Source: an uncultured Candidatus Entotheonella sp. (GTDB lineage Bacteria > Tectomicrobia > Entotheonellia > Entotheonellales > Entotheonellaceae). Taken from it: a DNA stretch of 64,000 nt. The stretch lies in the NCBI GenBank assembly GCA_965217185.1, contig OZ244252.1, positions 2,496,001-2,560,000 on the forward strand, read 5' to 3'. The translations under genes and the position numbers were made by a program. Of the stretch, positions 31,282-41,956 are shown in pieces; position 1 is the first letter of the stretch; every line of letters begins with the position of its first letter. The notes below the pieces were generated by a model. The model saw nothing but the letters and a program-made list of their open reading frames with translations, was not told the DNA's origin and made no database searches.

Positions 31282-34170
31282 TCAACGTCTTTTTGGCCAT
31301 CTGTATTCGCCGGTGAGCAGGATGTGACCCCATCCGAGGGGCGAGGTGTGTGGCAGGAGCTCGGGCACGACGGGCAGGCCGGCGTGTCTTCGCCTGGCGA
31401 CCGCTTCGCCCAGCCGGGCGGTGTTCCAGTAGATAACGATGGCGGCGAGCAGGTTGAGGCCTGCCATGCGGTAGTGTTGCCCCTCCGTGGTCCGATCCCT
31501 GATTTCTCCCTGGCGTCCGATGCGCAAGGCATTCTTCAGGGCGTGGTGGGATTCTCCCTTGTTCAGGCCGATCTGGGCACGCCGCTGCATGGCCGGGTCC
31601 AGCGCCCAGTCGATCATGAAGAGGGTGCGCTCGATGCGGCCGATTTCGCGCAGCGCCGCGGCGAGGTCGTTACGGCGCGGGTAGGCGGCCAGCTTGCGCA
31701 GGATCAGACTCGGGGCGACCGTGCCGGCGGCCAAGGTCGCCCCCAGCCGCAGAACGTCGGGCCAGTTCGACGCAATGAGCGATTGGCGGAGCTTGCCGCC
31801 GATCAGGCCGCGCAGTTCTTTCGGGCAAGCGGCCGGCTCGAAGACGTAGATGCGCTTGGAAGGCAGATCGCGGATGCGCGGCACGAACCGGTAGCCCAGG
31901 ATCGAGGTGACGGCGAAGACATGATCGGTGAAGCCGCCGGTGTCGACGTACTGCTCGCGGATGCGGCGGCCGGTCTCGTTCATCAGCAGGCCGTCCAGAA
32001 TGTAGGGTGCCTCGTTGACCGTCGCCGGGATGATCTGCGTGGCGAAGGGTCCGAAGCGGTCCGACACGTGGGTGTACGCCTTCAGCCCGGGCTCGCTGCC
32101 GTACCTGGCATTGACCAGGTTCATGGCTTCGCCCTGGCGCGTGGTCGGAAAGAACTGGCCGTCGCTCGACGCGGTGGTTCCCATCCCCCAGAACGTCGCC
32201 ATGGGCAGCTTGGCCTGTGCCTCGATCACCATCGCCAGCGCACGGTCCATGGCTTCGCCTTCGACATGCCAGCGCGACAGCCGCATGAGTTCCCAGTAGT
32301 CGTGGGTGTTGGTGGCCTCGGCCATCTTGCCGAGGCTGAGATTGATGCCTTCGGCCAGGAGCACGTTGAGCAAGCCGATCTTGTCGTTGCAGGGGGCGCC
32401 GGTGCGCAGATGGACGAAGGCGTCCGTGAAGCCGACATCGGCGTCGACCTCCATCAGGATGTCGGTGATGCGCGTCTCCGGGAGGCGTTTGTAGAGGTCC
32501 AGGATCAGCTCGTCGGCTCCTTCTGGCGTTTCGGCGGTGAGCCGGTCGATGTTCAGGCCGCCGTCACGAATGACGCCACCCGGTATGGCTCCGGCCCGAG
32601 CTGCCTTCGCGAGCCTCTCCAGGCCGTGTGTCATCCATGCCTGTCGGTCGGCAAGCCACACGCCGGCGTCGAGCGGTACGGCCAGTGCGGTATCGGTCGT
32701 GGCGGCCGGCAACGGCACCAAGGCCTGTGTCGGGTCGCCATGACGCCGGGAGCGCGGCAGCCACAGGTCGCCGGACCGGAAGCCGTCGCGCAGATGGGAC
32801 AGGACGGCAACCTCCCATAGTCTTTTGTCGCCCTTGGGCTGCGCATCGAGATAACGGTGCCACTTGGAGGTTGGACGCAGAAAGGCTCTCGGGCTGCTGT
32901 GGCTGCTGCCGTCACGGATCAGCCTGGCGGCGTCCAGTAGAGGCCGTGCAACCGGGGCGGTCTGGATATCGAGCGCCCGCAGCATGCGCGGGGCGTAGCG
33001 TCGCAGGCGCCCGTGTCCCTGCGCCACGTAGGCGAGCGGATCGTTCGACATCGTGTCGGTCAGACGTTCGGCCACGGCCACCAGGTCGGTCAGCCCGTCC
33101 CAGCCCAGTTTTCCCGAAACGGCCTGCTCGAGCATGGCGGGCTGATGCCGGGCCTCGAGCAGTGCCTGCCCGAGATCGGCAAAGGATCTCAGGGTCCGGC
33201 GGACGGCTGTCCTGGCGTCGTCGATGCGGGCATTACAGAGTTTTTCGGCCTCCCTCCAGGTTCTGCCGACGATGCGGTCGTGAGTCTCGATCAGGGAATC
33301 AGCGAGACCGGCCTGCCATTCCACGGCGCACACCGCCAGAATGGCCAGCCGCCGACTGTCGAGCATCTCGCGTAGGCCGTCCGCGAAGTGCCGTTCCCCC
33401 TGCCTTCTCAGGCGGGCAACGCGGTGAGAGGGCACGCCGTCGACGAGCTGCTCGGAGAGACCGAGACGCTGTAGAAACTCCAGTCGGTCCAACAAGCGCC
33501 CAGCGACCGCGGCATTGTTGCCCGGCTCGGACTGCCGCAGCCAGACAAAGCGCGTCACGCGGTTGTCCAGTGTTTCGGAAAGCAGTCCGTCGAGAACCGT
33601 CCGTGCCGCGGTATCGAGACGGCCGGCGATTCTCTCCTCGACCCGGCGGTCGGCTGCCACTGCAGCGTCGGCGCACAGGCGTTCGAGCGTCGAGATGGCA
33701 GGCAGGATGAGTTGCCTTCGGCGGCATTCCTCGACGAGCCGTCTTGCCAGCTCTTCGTTGGACCGCGTCTCCTCGGCCTGCCCGTCGAGCCAGGCCTTCA
33801 GGTGCCGCGCCGCGCGTCCGGCGAACGTGCGGTAGCCGTAGATCGAGCGCAGCGCCGTCATGTGTTCCTGGCGTGTCTACCGCCGCGCCGCATAGGGCAG
33901 CAGGGATTCCACCGCGATACCCAGCTGGACACCGATGAATTCCACTACCGGCGACGGGATCAGTTCGCCGGGCTGCAGCACGCGACCGGGATGGCGCAGA
34001 GCACAAAGCTGAAGGGCGAAGCCGAGACGGTTTTCAGCGCGGCGGCGCTGGCTGATGTGTTCCAGATCGTCGTCTGCCAGGGTGTAGTGCTTTCGGAGGG
34101 AAGGCTCGTCGGTCGGGAGATCGAACAAGGCGGACCGCTGGCGGTCCGTGAAAATGGTTCGGCGGGGCAT
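31282..34170 (-). pseudogene. tnpA: Tn3-family transposase with an in-frame TAG at 33877-33879
   Basis: MPRRTIFTDRQR...RLGFALQL; SSDGQFF, DTGGFTDHVF, GLNKGESHHAL. Confidence 0.9.
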
Positions 34171-34212
34171 GGTTGGGTCAGTTCCGGCAAAGGTTGGACA
34201 GGCGACATGGGA

Positions 34213-34815
34213 TCAGGCGTCGAGGAGCCGTCGTCCCGGCTCCTTGAGCGTGCCGTCGGCGTGCAGGTAATGGTAGAGCGTGCTCGGGGGAATGCTGCCA
34301 AGCGCGCGGCAGATATCGGGTATCGAGCGCGTCTGGTCGGCCATGAGGTTCCGGGCGTAGCGCAGCTTCTCGGAGGTCATGACGCGGGGGCGGCCGCCTT
34401 TGCGTCCACGCGCCCGCGCCGCCTTGACACCCTCGCGGATACGCTGGCGGATGACGTTGCGTTCCATTTCCGCGAAGGCTGCCTGGATCTGCAGAAAGGC
34501 GCGGCCCGCCGGCGCGATGGTGTCCATCGGTGAATTGAGGGCGCGGAAGCCGACGCCGCGGTGGTCGAGGTCGTCGATCAAAGCGATGAGTTCGCCCGCC
34601 CGGCGGCCCAGACGGTCGAGATCGAGGACGACAAGGACGTCGCCCTGGCGCAGGTAATCGAGACAGGCAGCCAGCTTTGGTCGGTCGGAGGCGGCGCCGG
34701 AAGCGCGGTCCTCGAACACGCGCTCGCATCCAGCGTCGTTGAGGGCGTCGAGCTGGCGGTCAAGTACCTGACGGCCTTCGGCGATGGAAACGCGGGCGTA
34801 GCCAATGAGGCCCAT
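34213..34815 (-). CDS. tnpR: Tn3 resolvase
   Basis: GYARVS...LDLDRLGR...AEMERNVIRQR, HTH; res-like region at about 34830-34970. Confidence 0.9.
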   Translation of the reverse strand: MGLIGYARVSIAEGRQVLDRQLDALNDAGCERVFEDRASGAASDRPKLAACLDYLRQGDVLVVLDLDRLGRRAGELIALIDDLDHRGVGFRALNSPMDTIAPAGRAFLQIQAAFAEMERNVIRQRIREGVKAARARGRKGGRPRVMTSEKLRYARNLMADQTRSIPDICRALGSIPPSTLYHYLHADGTLKEPGRRLLDA

Positions 34816-35029
34816 GGGGTGATGTCCTCGCGGTCTCGAAAACGTTGTCTTGAGCGTATTTTATCGTAAAAAGATATTTTCGGGGTTGTCGTGAAGATTT
34901 TGCGCGAAAAGGCGGGTCGTGGGGGGCGTATTGCAGCGATTCACGACAAAGAGTTGTTTGTCGTGGACCCGAAGGCTAGGTTATGAGGGAGCGAAAAGAG
35001 GGCCGTCGAGGCTTAGAGTGTCATTTCGC

Positions 35030-35392
35030 GTGCGCCGTGCAAGGCGCCATTCTTCAGCGGGTGCGAATCCCGTCCGGCAACTGTCGCTCCAGCCGGTAGC
35101 TTCGTCGTAAGCACAAGGTGCGGTCGGGAGGTTTAGTGCGCTTCTCAGACGAGAGGCTACGGCAGGATTACGGTCTCACGCGCCTCAAACTGCGAACGGG
35201 CGGGTCTTCCGTGGGCGAAGGCATGATCTCGTCCGAGAGCCGGATGCAGGAGATCTGCATGTCCGGATCGATGAGCGGCGACTGGAAACGGAGTTATGGC
35301 GGGGAGTGAGGCACCGGCATTGCGAAAGCCGCCGGGAACAGCTACCCCCATCCGCCTACCGCTACCGCTACCGCGCCAGCCGCCGACTCTAC
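35030..35392 (+). ncRNA. internally deleted copy of the group II intron
   Basis: 5' 71 nt joined to the 3' end at about 35100 through CGGT(A/G)GC microhomology. Confidence 0.88.
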
Positions 35393-35412
35393 CCTTTTCC
35401 GCAACCGACCCC

Positions 35413-37264
35413 AGAGTTGGTTGACCGTTATCGTCGGGTGCGGCGGTTCTTGCCCGCCTTGTTGCGCAGCGTGTCGTTTGGGAGCACGCAAGCCGGCAAG
35501 GCGATGCTTGACGCCCTGGATTTTCTGCGTCGCATCGAACCCCAACGCCACCCTGACATGCAGCAGGCGCCGCTGGACGTGGTGCCAGGTGCCTGGCGGC
35601 GTCTTGTGAAGCCCGCCTGCACGCCCACGGTGGATCGGCAAGCGTACACGATCTGCATTGTCGAACGGCTACAAGACCATCTGAGGCGGCGAGATATCTT
35701 TGTCTCCCGGAGCGAGCGCTGGGGGGATCCGCGTATCAAGTTGCTGCAGGGCGAGCAGTGGGAGGGGATGCGACCCATGGTCTGCCGGGCTTTGGGCCGC
35801 AACGAATCGCCGGAGCCGGAACTCCACGCCCTCAGCCAACAACTCGATGCCGCCTATCAACACACCGCAGCCCGGTTTTCAACGAATGAGGCGGTGCGTG
35901 TGGAAACCGTGAAGGGCCGTGACACCCTGATCCTCAGCAGACTCGACAGGCTCGAAGAACCGCCCCGTTTCAGCGCTCTGCGCGACCGCGTGCTGAATCT
36001 GTTGCCACGCGTCGATTTGCCGGAGCTGCTGTTGGAAATCCATGCGCGAACGGGCTTCGCCAATGAATGTACCCACATCAGTGAAGGCGAAGCGAGGGTG
36101 GCGGAGTTGCCTGTAAGTATCTGTGCGGTCCTGCTGGCGGAAGCCTGCAACATCGGCCTCGAACCCGTCGTGCGCTCCGATCATCCGGCCCTGACGCGAG
36201 CCCGACTGAGCTGGGTCCAACAAAACTATATCCGCGCCGAGACGCTGACGCGGGCCAATGCCTGCCTGGTTGACGCCCAGTCCACCATCGACCTGGCACA
36301 GGTGTGGGGTGGCGGTGACGTGGCGTCTGCCGATGGCCTGCGCTTCGTGGTGCCTGTGCGCACCCTCAATGCCGGCCCCAACCGCAAATACTTCAACGCC
36401 GATCGGGGGGTGACGTATTACAATTTCACCTCGGACCAATTCACCGGTTTCCATGCCATCGTCATCCCCGGCACCCTGCGCGACTCCATGTATATCCTCG
36501 ATGGCCTTCTCGACCATCAAACGCGGCTGCAACCGGGGGAGGTCATGGCCGACACGGCCGGTGTGAGTGCGGTTGTTTTCGGGTTGTTCTGGCTACTGGG
36601 TTACCAGTTCAGCCCGCGTATGGCCGACCTGGGCAAAGCCAGGTTCTGGCGCCTCGACCCCGCGGCAGACTACGGCGTCCTCAATGGCATCGCCCGGGCT
36701 CGTGCCAATACAAGGCTCATCAGCCGCAATTGGGACGACTTGTTACGGGTTGCCGGGTCTCTGCATCAGGGCACGGTGAGTGCCTCCGAACTCATGCGGT
36801 CACTGCTCAGAAGCAAGCGTCCCACCACGCTGGCGCGCGCCCTCGCGGCCTTGGGACGTATCCCGAAAACCCTTTACATGTTGGCCTACGTAGATGATGA
36901 GCACTATCGACGGCGCATCCTGACGCAGCTCAACCGCGGCGAAAGCCGCCATAGCGTTGCACGTGCCGTTTTTCATGGCCAGCGTGGCGAACTCCGGCAG
37001 CGTTACCGCGAAGGCCAAGAGGACCAACTCGGAGCATTGGGGCTGGTCGTCAATGCCATCGTGCTGTGGAATACCCTCTACATGGCAGCGGCTCTCAAAG
37101 AGTTGTCTCACGTCGGCTATGGGGTCCATCCGGAAGACGTGGCGCGACTGTCGCCCTTGATCCACAGACACCTCAATTTTCAGGGACGACACGCCTTTGT
37201 ACTGCCGGAGGCCGTGGCGCAAGGCCAATTACGACCCCTGCGTGACCCTCGCCAAGAGCAGTAG
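35413..37264 (+). pseudogene. tnpA: second Tn3-family transposase, 5'-truncated
   Basis: ASADGLRFVVP, DTAG, QLNRGESRHSVARAVF. Confidence 0.9.
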
Positions 37265-37287
37265 CAAGGCTTAACACAGTTTTCTGT

Positions 37288-38164
37288 GTGCGCCGTGTAA
37301 GGCGCCATTCCCTAGCGGGTGCGAATCCCGCCCGGCAACTGTCGCTCCAGCCGGTAGCAGTCGGAGCGGATGATGGAGGTAACGACATCGTCTGAAGCAC
37401 TCCGATGTAACGGGCCGCCAAGGGCGGCTTAGCGACCATGCGGGCCGCAACGTGAGTAAACGCTGAGCAGGCCTCGAAACGTGTAATGCGGAAGCCGACC
37501 CGCCACAGAAACGGGGAAGGCTGGCACCGGTCGGGAAGCGAGCGACGCACGCACCGACAGGTTCCGCCGGGGTAATGGCGGCAGCACGCATGGAAGAGGG
37601 GAATGGACGCAACACGGGAAGCCCTGTCCGGTGGCGTGGCACGCGCCAACCGACAGCCCGCGAGGGTCAGGTTGGGCCGGCAGGGTGGCGGAGAGGCCTG
37701 AAGTACCGGGGATGCCGGGTAATGCCGGCGGAGGGAAGAGGCCTCAGGTGAGGAGCGATGCCCAAAGGGAGAAGGGTCACGGGAGTGGCCATGCCTATTA
37801 CCCCGATTGATGACCAGAAAACCCGGCAGCATCACATGCCCAAGTGAAGGAACCGTGCCCTCTCAAGGCGCGGGGTCGTCGAGGCGTCAACAGGCTCGGC
37901 GGTCCACTGAAAGCGCCGCGCGCCGCAGGGCGGAAGTCGTGCCGCTTTCGCAAGATCATCTGCTGTGCGCGGTTGCCAAGGTGTTCCGTGTGCGAGACGC
38001 ATGATCCCACTGGAGAGCTGAGTGCGGGAAATCCGCCCGCTCAGTTTGGAGAGCGGTGACTGGAAACGGAGCCACGGCGAGGAGTGAGGCACCGGCATTG
38101 CGAAAGCCGCCGGGAACAGCTACCCCCATCCGCCTACCGCTACCGCGCCAGTTGCCGACTCTAC
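37288..38164 (+). ncRNA. ORF-less group II intron variant inside a Tn3 IR (IR halves 37270-37287 and 38165-38184)
   Basis: 5' GTGCG, domains homologous to intron 1, DV GAGCTGAGTGCGGGAAATCCGCCCGCTCAGTTT, 3' CCGACTCTAC. Confidence 0.9.
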
Positions 38165-38184
38165 TCCATTGCTACTCAAAGGCC

Positions 38185-38535
38185 TAAACGCCTCAGGGCA
38201 ACTTTTCGTTCCAATGATTGCCGCGGCCCACTCACGAACTGCTGGGCCGGACGATCCTCGAGCCTGGGGCAGTCGGCGGCGGGGTGGATGAACTCCGACG
38301 CTCCATTTTGTACCTGCTGGTGATGCAGGACACCGAGGCGCTCCAGCGCCAGGGACTTGCGCGCGGAGGAGCTCTTGGCCGAAGGTGAGCAGCGCGCCGA
38401 ACAACGCGCCAAGATCCAAGTCGGGGAAGGCTTGTTGAGGTCGGGGTGACGTGGGACGTCATCGAGGCCGCTACCGGGCTGACCGAGGCCAGCTTCCAGG
38501 CGCTCAAGGCGCAGCCAGTAGACTCTGGTTCCTGA
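38185..38535 (+). pseudogene. Rpn/YhgA-like C-terminal fragment
   Basis: AEELLAEGEQRA...GLLRSGVTWDVIEAATGLTE. Confidence 0.5.
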
Positions 38536-38881
38536 CGCATCTCACCCGCACCAGGATTCGAGCAGGCCACAGTCGCCGACGTTTTCCACACCGGCAAGGG
38601 GAAAACCTGCCGTCGGCCGTATCTAACGATCTGCATTGTCACCGCTTGAGCAGATTGCCGCGCAAATCATCACTTGAAGTCACGCCCGCGAGCTCCGGGA
38701 AGATTGGCTGGGCATCTGGACGGCGTCCTTGATTTCTGGGATGGCGTTCCACTTTTACTGCCAAGCGGCCCTGAATCCTCGGCACATGTCCCACCGTTTT
38801 GGCCTCAAACCGGCGAAATCACCCTTCCTGGTGGGGCGCCTGCCGCGAACCCCGTTTCGTCCAGCAATGGCGCCAATCCAA

Positions 38882-38910
38882 AGTTTACAGAATGAGACAT
38901 TATGCGAACC
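38882..38910 (-). other. dif-like Xer site (7-bp spacer)
   Basis: GGTTCGCATAA tgtctca TTCTGTAAACT. Confidence 0.72.
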
Positions 38911-38938
38911 AGCCATCCGCCTATGGGAGGATCAGATC

Positions 38939-39460
38939 ATGAAATGTTTCATTTTAGCGGTGTTAACGGTTTTGCTTGTCACACCGGAACCCGGTAGAGC
39001 ATTACCTAAAGGCTGGGAAGAATCGGCCTTGAATCACCTGCGACGAACCCAATCGGAGCGAGTCAATCTCGAGGCTCTACACATCGCATATCCGGAGCAG
39101 GCAGTGGATCTTTTTGCCCTGTATCGCGAAAACCTGCATCGCGAAAAGGAATTGCATGGCGTTGTCAGACGGCCCAAGAACCAAAAGGATGACGGGTGGT
39201 TTTTAACATGGACCAAACAAGGTTTTAGCATGAAGCCGATCCTCGTACGATACGGCCAATCTGTTATCTCCTCTTTAGACCATATTGGGTTGATTGCTCT
39301 ATCCGAAATTTGCAACGCGGTTGTTCGACCCAGCGAATTGGTCGTAACGGCAAAAGCGGGGGTTGATTTCTATGCCTCATTCAAGGGCGAGGTATCCCTT
39401 AAATTTGATCCACAAGCAAGTTGCCCCGGCTTGGGACTATTTTCGAGTAGCACAGATTGA
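38939..39460 (+). CDS. secreted hypothetical protein between two dif-like sites
   Basis: signal peptide MKCFILAVLTVLLVT; GGAGG RBS; lower GC. Confidence 0.65.
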   Translation: MKCFILAVLTVLLVTPEPGRALPKGWEESALNHLRRTQSERVNLEALHIAYPEQAVDLFALYRENLHREKELHGVVRRPKNQKDDGWFLTWTKQGFSMKPILVRYGQSVISSLDHIGLIALSEICNAVVRPSELVVTAKAGVDFYASFKGEVSLKFDPQASCPGLGLFSSSTD

Positions 39461-39482
39461 CATACACGGGGTTATCAAGACC
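39455..39482 (-). other. dif-like Xer site
   Basis: GGTCTTGATAA ccccgt GTATGTCAATC. Confidence 0.6.
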
Positions 39483-39624
39483 TGATGGGCAGCCCTCCGG
39501 CACATTCCCTGAGGTCCCAAATTGGGAGACATGGATCAACGGTGAATCAGGGTTTCAGACAGAACATCGTCAATTTGGCACTCTGTGACAGCTATGTTGT
39601 TACTGGGCCTTTTTGGCGCTTCCT

Positions 39625-39850
39625 AATCACGAACACATCGCAAACGGCCGTTTACGACACAGGCTGATCGGCTACGCCGGCGTCTCAAAGGCGGATGGCT
39701 CCCAGTCGCTAGACCTGCCGCGCTACCACGACTTCGCGTCCGGCGTACGCGCCGACCGGCCCGGACTCGACAGCTGCCTGCGCGCCCTGAGGGCGGGCGA
39801 CGTGCTCGTGGTCTGAAAACTCGACCGTCTCGGCCGTAACGCTCACCACT
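39625..39850 (+). pseudogene. res remnant and degraded resolvase
   Basis: LIGYAGVSKADGSQSLDL...RPGLDSCLRALRAGDVLVV; upstream sequence resembles 54305-54340. Confidence 0.7.
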
Positions 39851-39975
39851 ATCCATGTTGGCCAGGAGGCAGACGCCCTCCACCTACAGGTCGGATATAC
39901 GACCGCAACCGACGCGAAGGACCGACCGTCACGACCCACTCGCTTGAGCACCGAGAGGAGTCCATAGACGGACTG

Positions 39976-41940
39976 CTAGGCGCTGCGTAGTGCGTCGAAG
40001 CGCTCGACGTATCCCATGATGGCCCACACCAAGATCGAGTGGCTCCAGGTCAGCGGCGCCACTGACAGCGGGGATCCGTCACGGGGATCGACCTGCTCCG
40101 CGAGAACTCCGGAAGGCAGTGCGTGTTCGGCACACCACGTGAGGTACGGAAGAGCTTCGTGGAGCTCGGCCAGCTTGCTCGCGCGCTCGATGGCGCATTC
40201 GGCCAGCCAGAGCGTCGAGATGAACCAGGGGTTGCCGGGAATCTCATCCGCGAGATCCGCTGGCCGCTGATACTGGTCGCCTTCGTATCGCGCGCACCCC
40301 CCGCCGAGGGTGCCGAGCCACAGCTGCTGGCGAATCGCCGCGGTCGTGTCTCGGTTCCGAGCATCGTTTGCCGGCAATGCCCCGAGCGTTGTCAAGCCGA
40401 GCAGACTGGCGTCAAGCACCTCGTCAAGGTCGTAGCCGTCAGCGCTGCGGTACCCCGACCGGGCATACCGTTTCAAGCCGGCGTGATACAGATGCCGGAT
40501 CAGTCCGTCCTTCATCTGATCGGCCGCCGACTCATAGGCCTCGGCGTGGGACGTGTCTTGAAAGAGTCGAGCAAAGTTGGCTGCGGCCCTGAGGCCCGCC
40601 ATTACGGCGGCCACGGTGAACGCGTGGGTCCCGTACCGCTCTTCCCAGAGATCGAAGGACGGTAGGGGGAGATGGGTGTCAGGGTCGCGGTGGGCGAGCA
40701 GGAAGTCAGCGGATTTGAGCACGAGCTTCTTGTACAGCGGCCCAATGAACTCAATATCCCTTGCGCATTCGTGGTGTATCCACAGCGCCCAGAGCACCAA
40801 TGCCGTCGAGTCCTCCTGGATCGGGAGCACTTGGCGACCATCCACCAGCCAAGGGTGCCAGGAGCTAGCCAACGACCCATCCGGATTGTAGTGCTGCATC
40901 AAATATCCTTCGTCCGAGAGCACGTCTGCGCAATAGTTGAAGAACCGCTGACACACGTCGGCATACCCGGCCTTCGCGAGCGCGGCAGCCACAAACGCTC
41001 CATCGCGACCCCACATGTAGGAATAGGTATCCTTACCGAAGCGCACGATATCCGAATCGTTCGCCGCGACAATCGCGCCGCGGTTGTCGATCTGTGTTCT
41101 GAGAATAAGAAGGCTCCGATTGAACAGATCGGTTACCTCAGTGGGAAGGTCTCCGAAGGATCGGGGTTCCTTCTGAATCCATGCTCCCCAGTAGTTGGAT
41201 GTGAGCTTAATCATCTCGGCGGGTGTCTTCTCGAGGACGATCTCATTGAGTCGCGTCACGTCCGCGTATCCTGTGCCAGCCGTCACCCAGTAGAACGCCG
41301 TGGCGCTTCGTCCGGGCGGGACGTCAAGGGATATGGCGATGGTAGAGTCGGGGAAGCCCCACGCGGCTGGATTACGGCTGAGCTTGCCGTCTTCGGCGTC
41401 GGTCCAGGATCCTTGCTCGCAGAGGTGATCTTTGACCGCACACGCGAACTCCTTCACTCCCCACGACGCGACCGTGCCTCCGTTGACGAGAAAGAATCGG
41501 TTGGCGTTGTAGTGCACGATAGAACTGGTCCGCGGATCGAAATACGCCGTGTCCCCAATGTCGTGGCCGTACACGTGAAAGTCGTGCGCGAAGAAGAGCG
41601 TCACATGTCGCGCGGTCTCTTCCAGGTTGAGCACGCGAACCTCTTTCAGATAGATATTCAAATCGAAGTCGACAGCGTCACAGCATCGCAGTTCCAACCC
41701 GAGGGCCTGGTGCCTGAGCACCACATTCGTGACCAAACTATCGTCACGATACCGGAGATCCCGTGTCCACTCTGACCCGATCCAGGCGAAGCGCCCATCG
41801 GCCCAGACACCGAACCGGGAGGGGTGCCCCTTGGAATGATTTTCCTGGCCGACGTGGGGAAAGTAGATGTCGCGAATCCGGTAGTCCGAGTCGAAATTCA
41901 GAAGGAAGTTGCCGTTGCTGACGGGAAGGTCCTTGGGCAT
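39976..41940 (-). CDS. glycoside hydrolase family 15 (glucoamylase-like)
   Basis: YSYMWGRDGA, SFDLWEER, GVLAEQV, PLTWSHS. Confidence 0.9.
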   Translation of the reverse strand: MPKDLPVSNGNFLLNFDSDYRIRDIYFPHVGQENHSKGHPSRFGVWADGRFAWIGSEWTRDLRYRDDSLVTNVVLRHQALGLELRCCDAVDFDLNIYLKEVRVLNLEETARHVTLFFAHDFHVYGHDIGDTAYFDPRTSSIVHYNANRFFLVNGGTVASWGVKEFACAVKDHLCEQGSWTDAEDGKLSRNPAAWGFPDSTIAISLDVPPGRSATAFYWVTAGTGYADVTRLNEIVLEKTPAEMIKLTSNYWGAWIQKEPRSFGDLPTEVTDLFNRSLLILRTQIDNRGAIVAANDSDIVRFGKDTYSYMWGRDGAFVAAALAKAGYADVCQRFFNYCADVLSDEGYLMQHYNPDGSLASSWHPWLVDGRQVLPIQEDSTALVLWALWIHHECARDIEFIGPLYKKLVLKSADFLLAHRDPDTHLPLPSFDLWEERYGTHAFTVAAVMAGLRAAANFARLFQDTSHAEAYESAADQMKDGLIRHLYHAGLKRYARSGYRSADGYDLDEVLDASLLGLTTLGALPANDARNRDTTAAIRQQLWLGTLGGGCARYEGDQYQRPADLADEIPGNPWFISTLWLAECAIERASKLAELHEALPYLTWCAEHALPSGVLAEQVDPRDGSPLSVAPLTWSHSILVWAIMGYVERFDALRSA

Positions 41941-41956
41941 CGGTGGCTCCGCCTTG

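Larger units (their letters stand above)
29244..35412 (-). mobile_element. Tn3-family transposon (tnpR, tnpA) with both IRs interrupted by group II introns
   Basis: reconstituted IRs GGGGTCGGTTGCGGAAAAGG|GCGAAATGACAC(G/T)CTAAG; flanks differ, no TSD. Confidence 0.9.

Noticed and set aside
31324..34533. Long plus-strand ORFs opposite tnpA (likewise 14474-16063, 40672-41775, 51993-54261)
   Set aside because: Shadow ORFs of GC-rich genes on the other strand.
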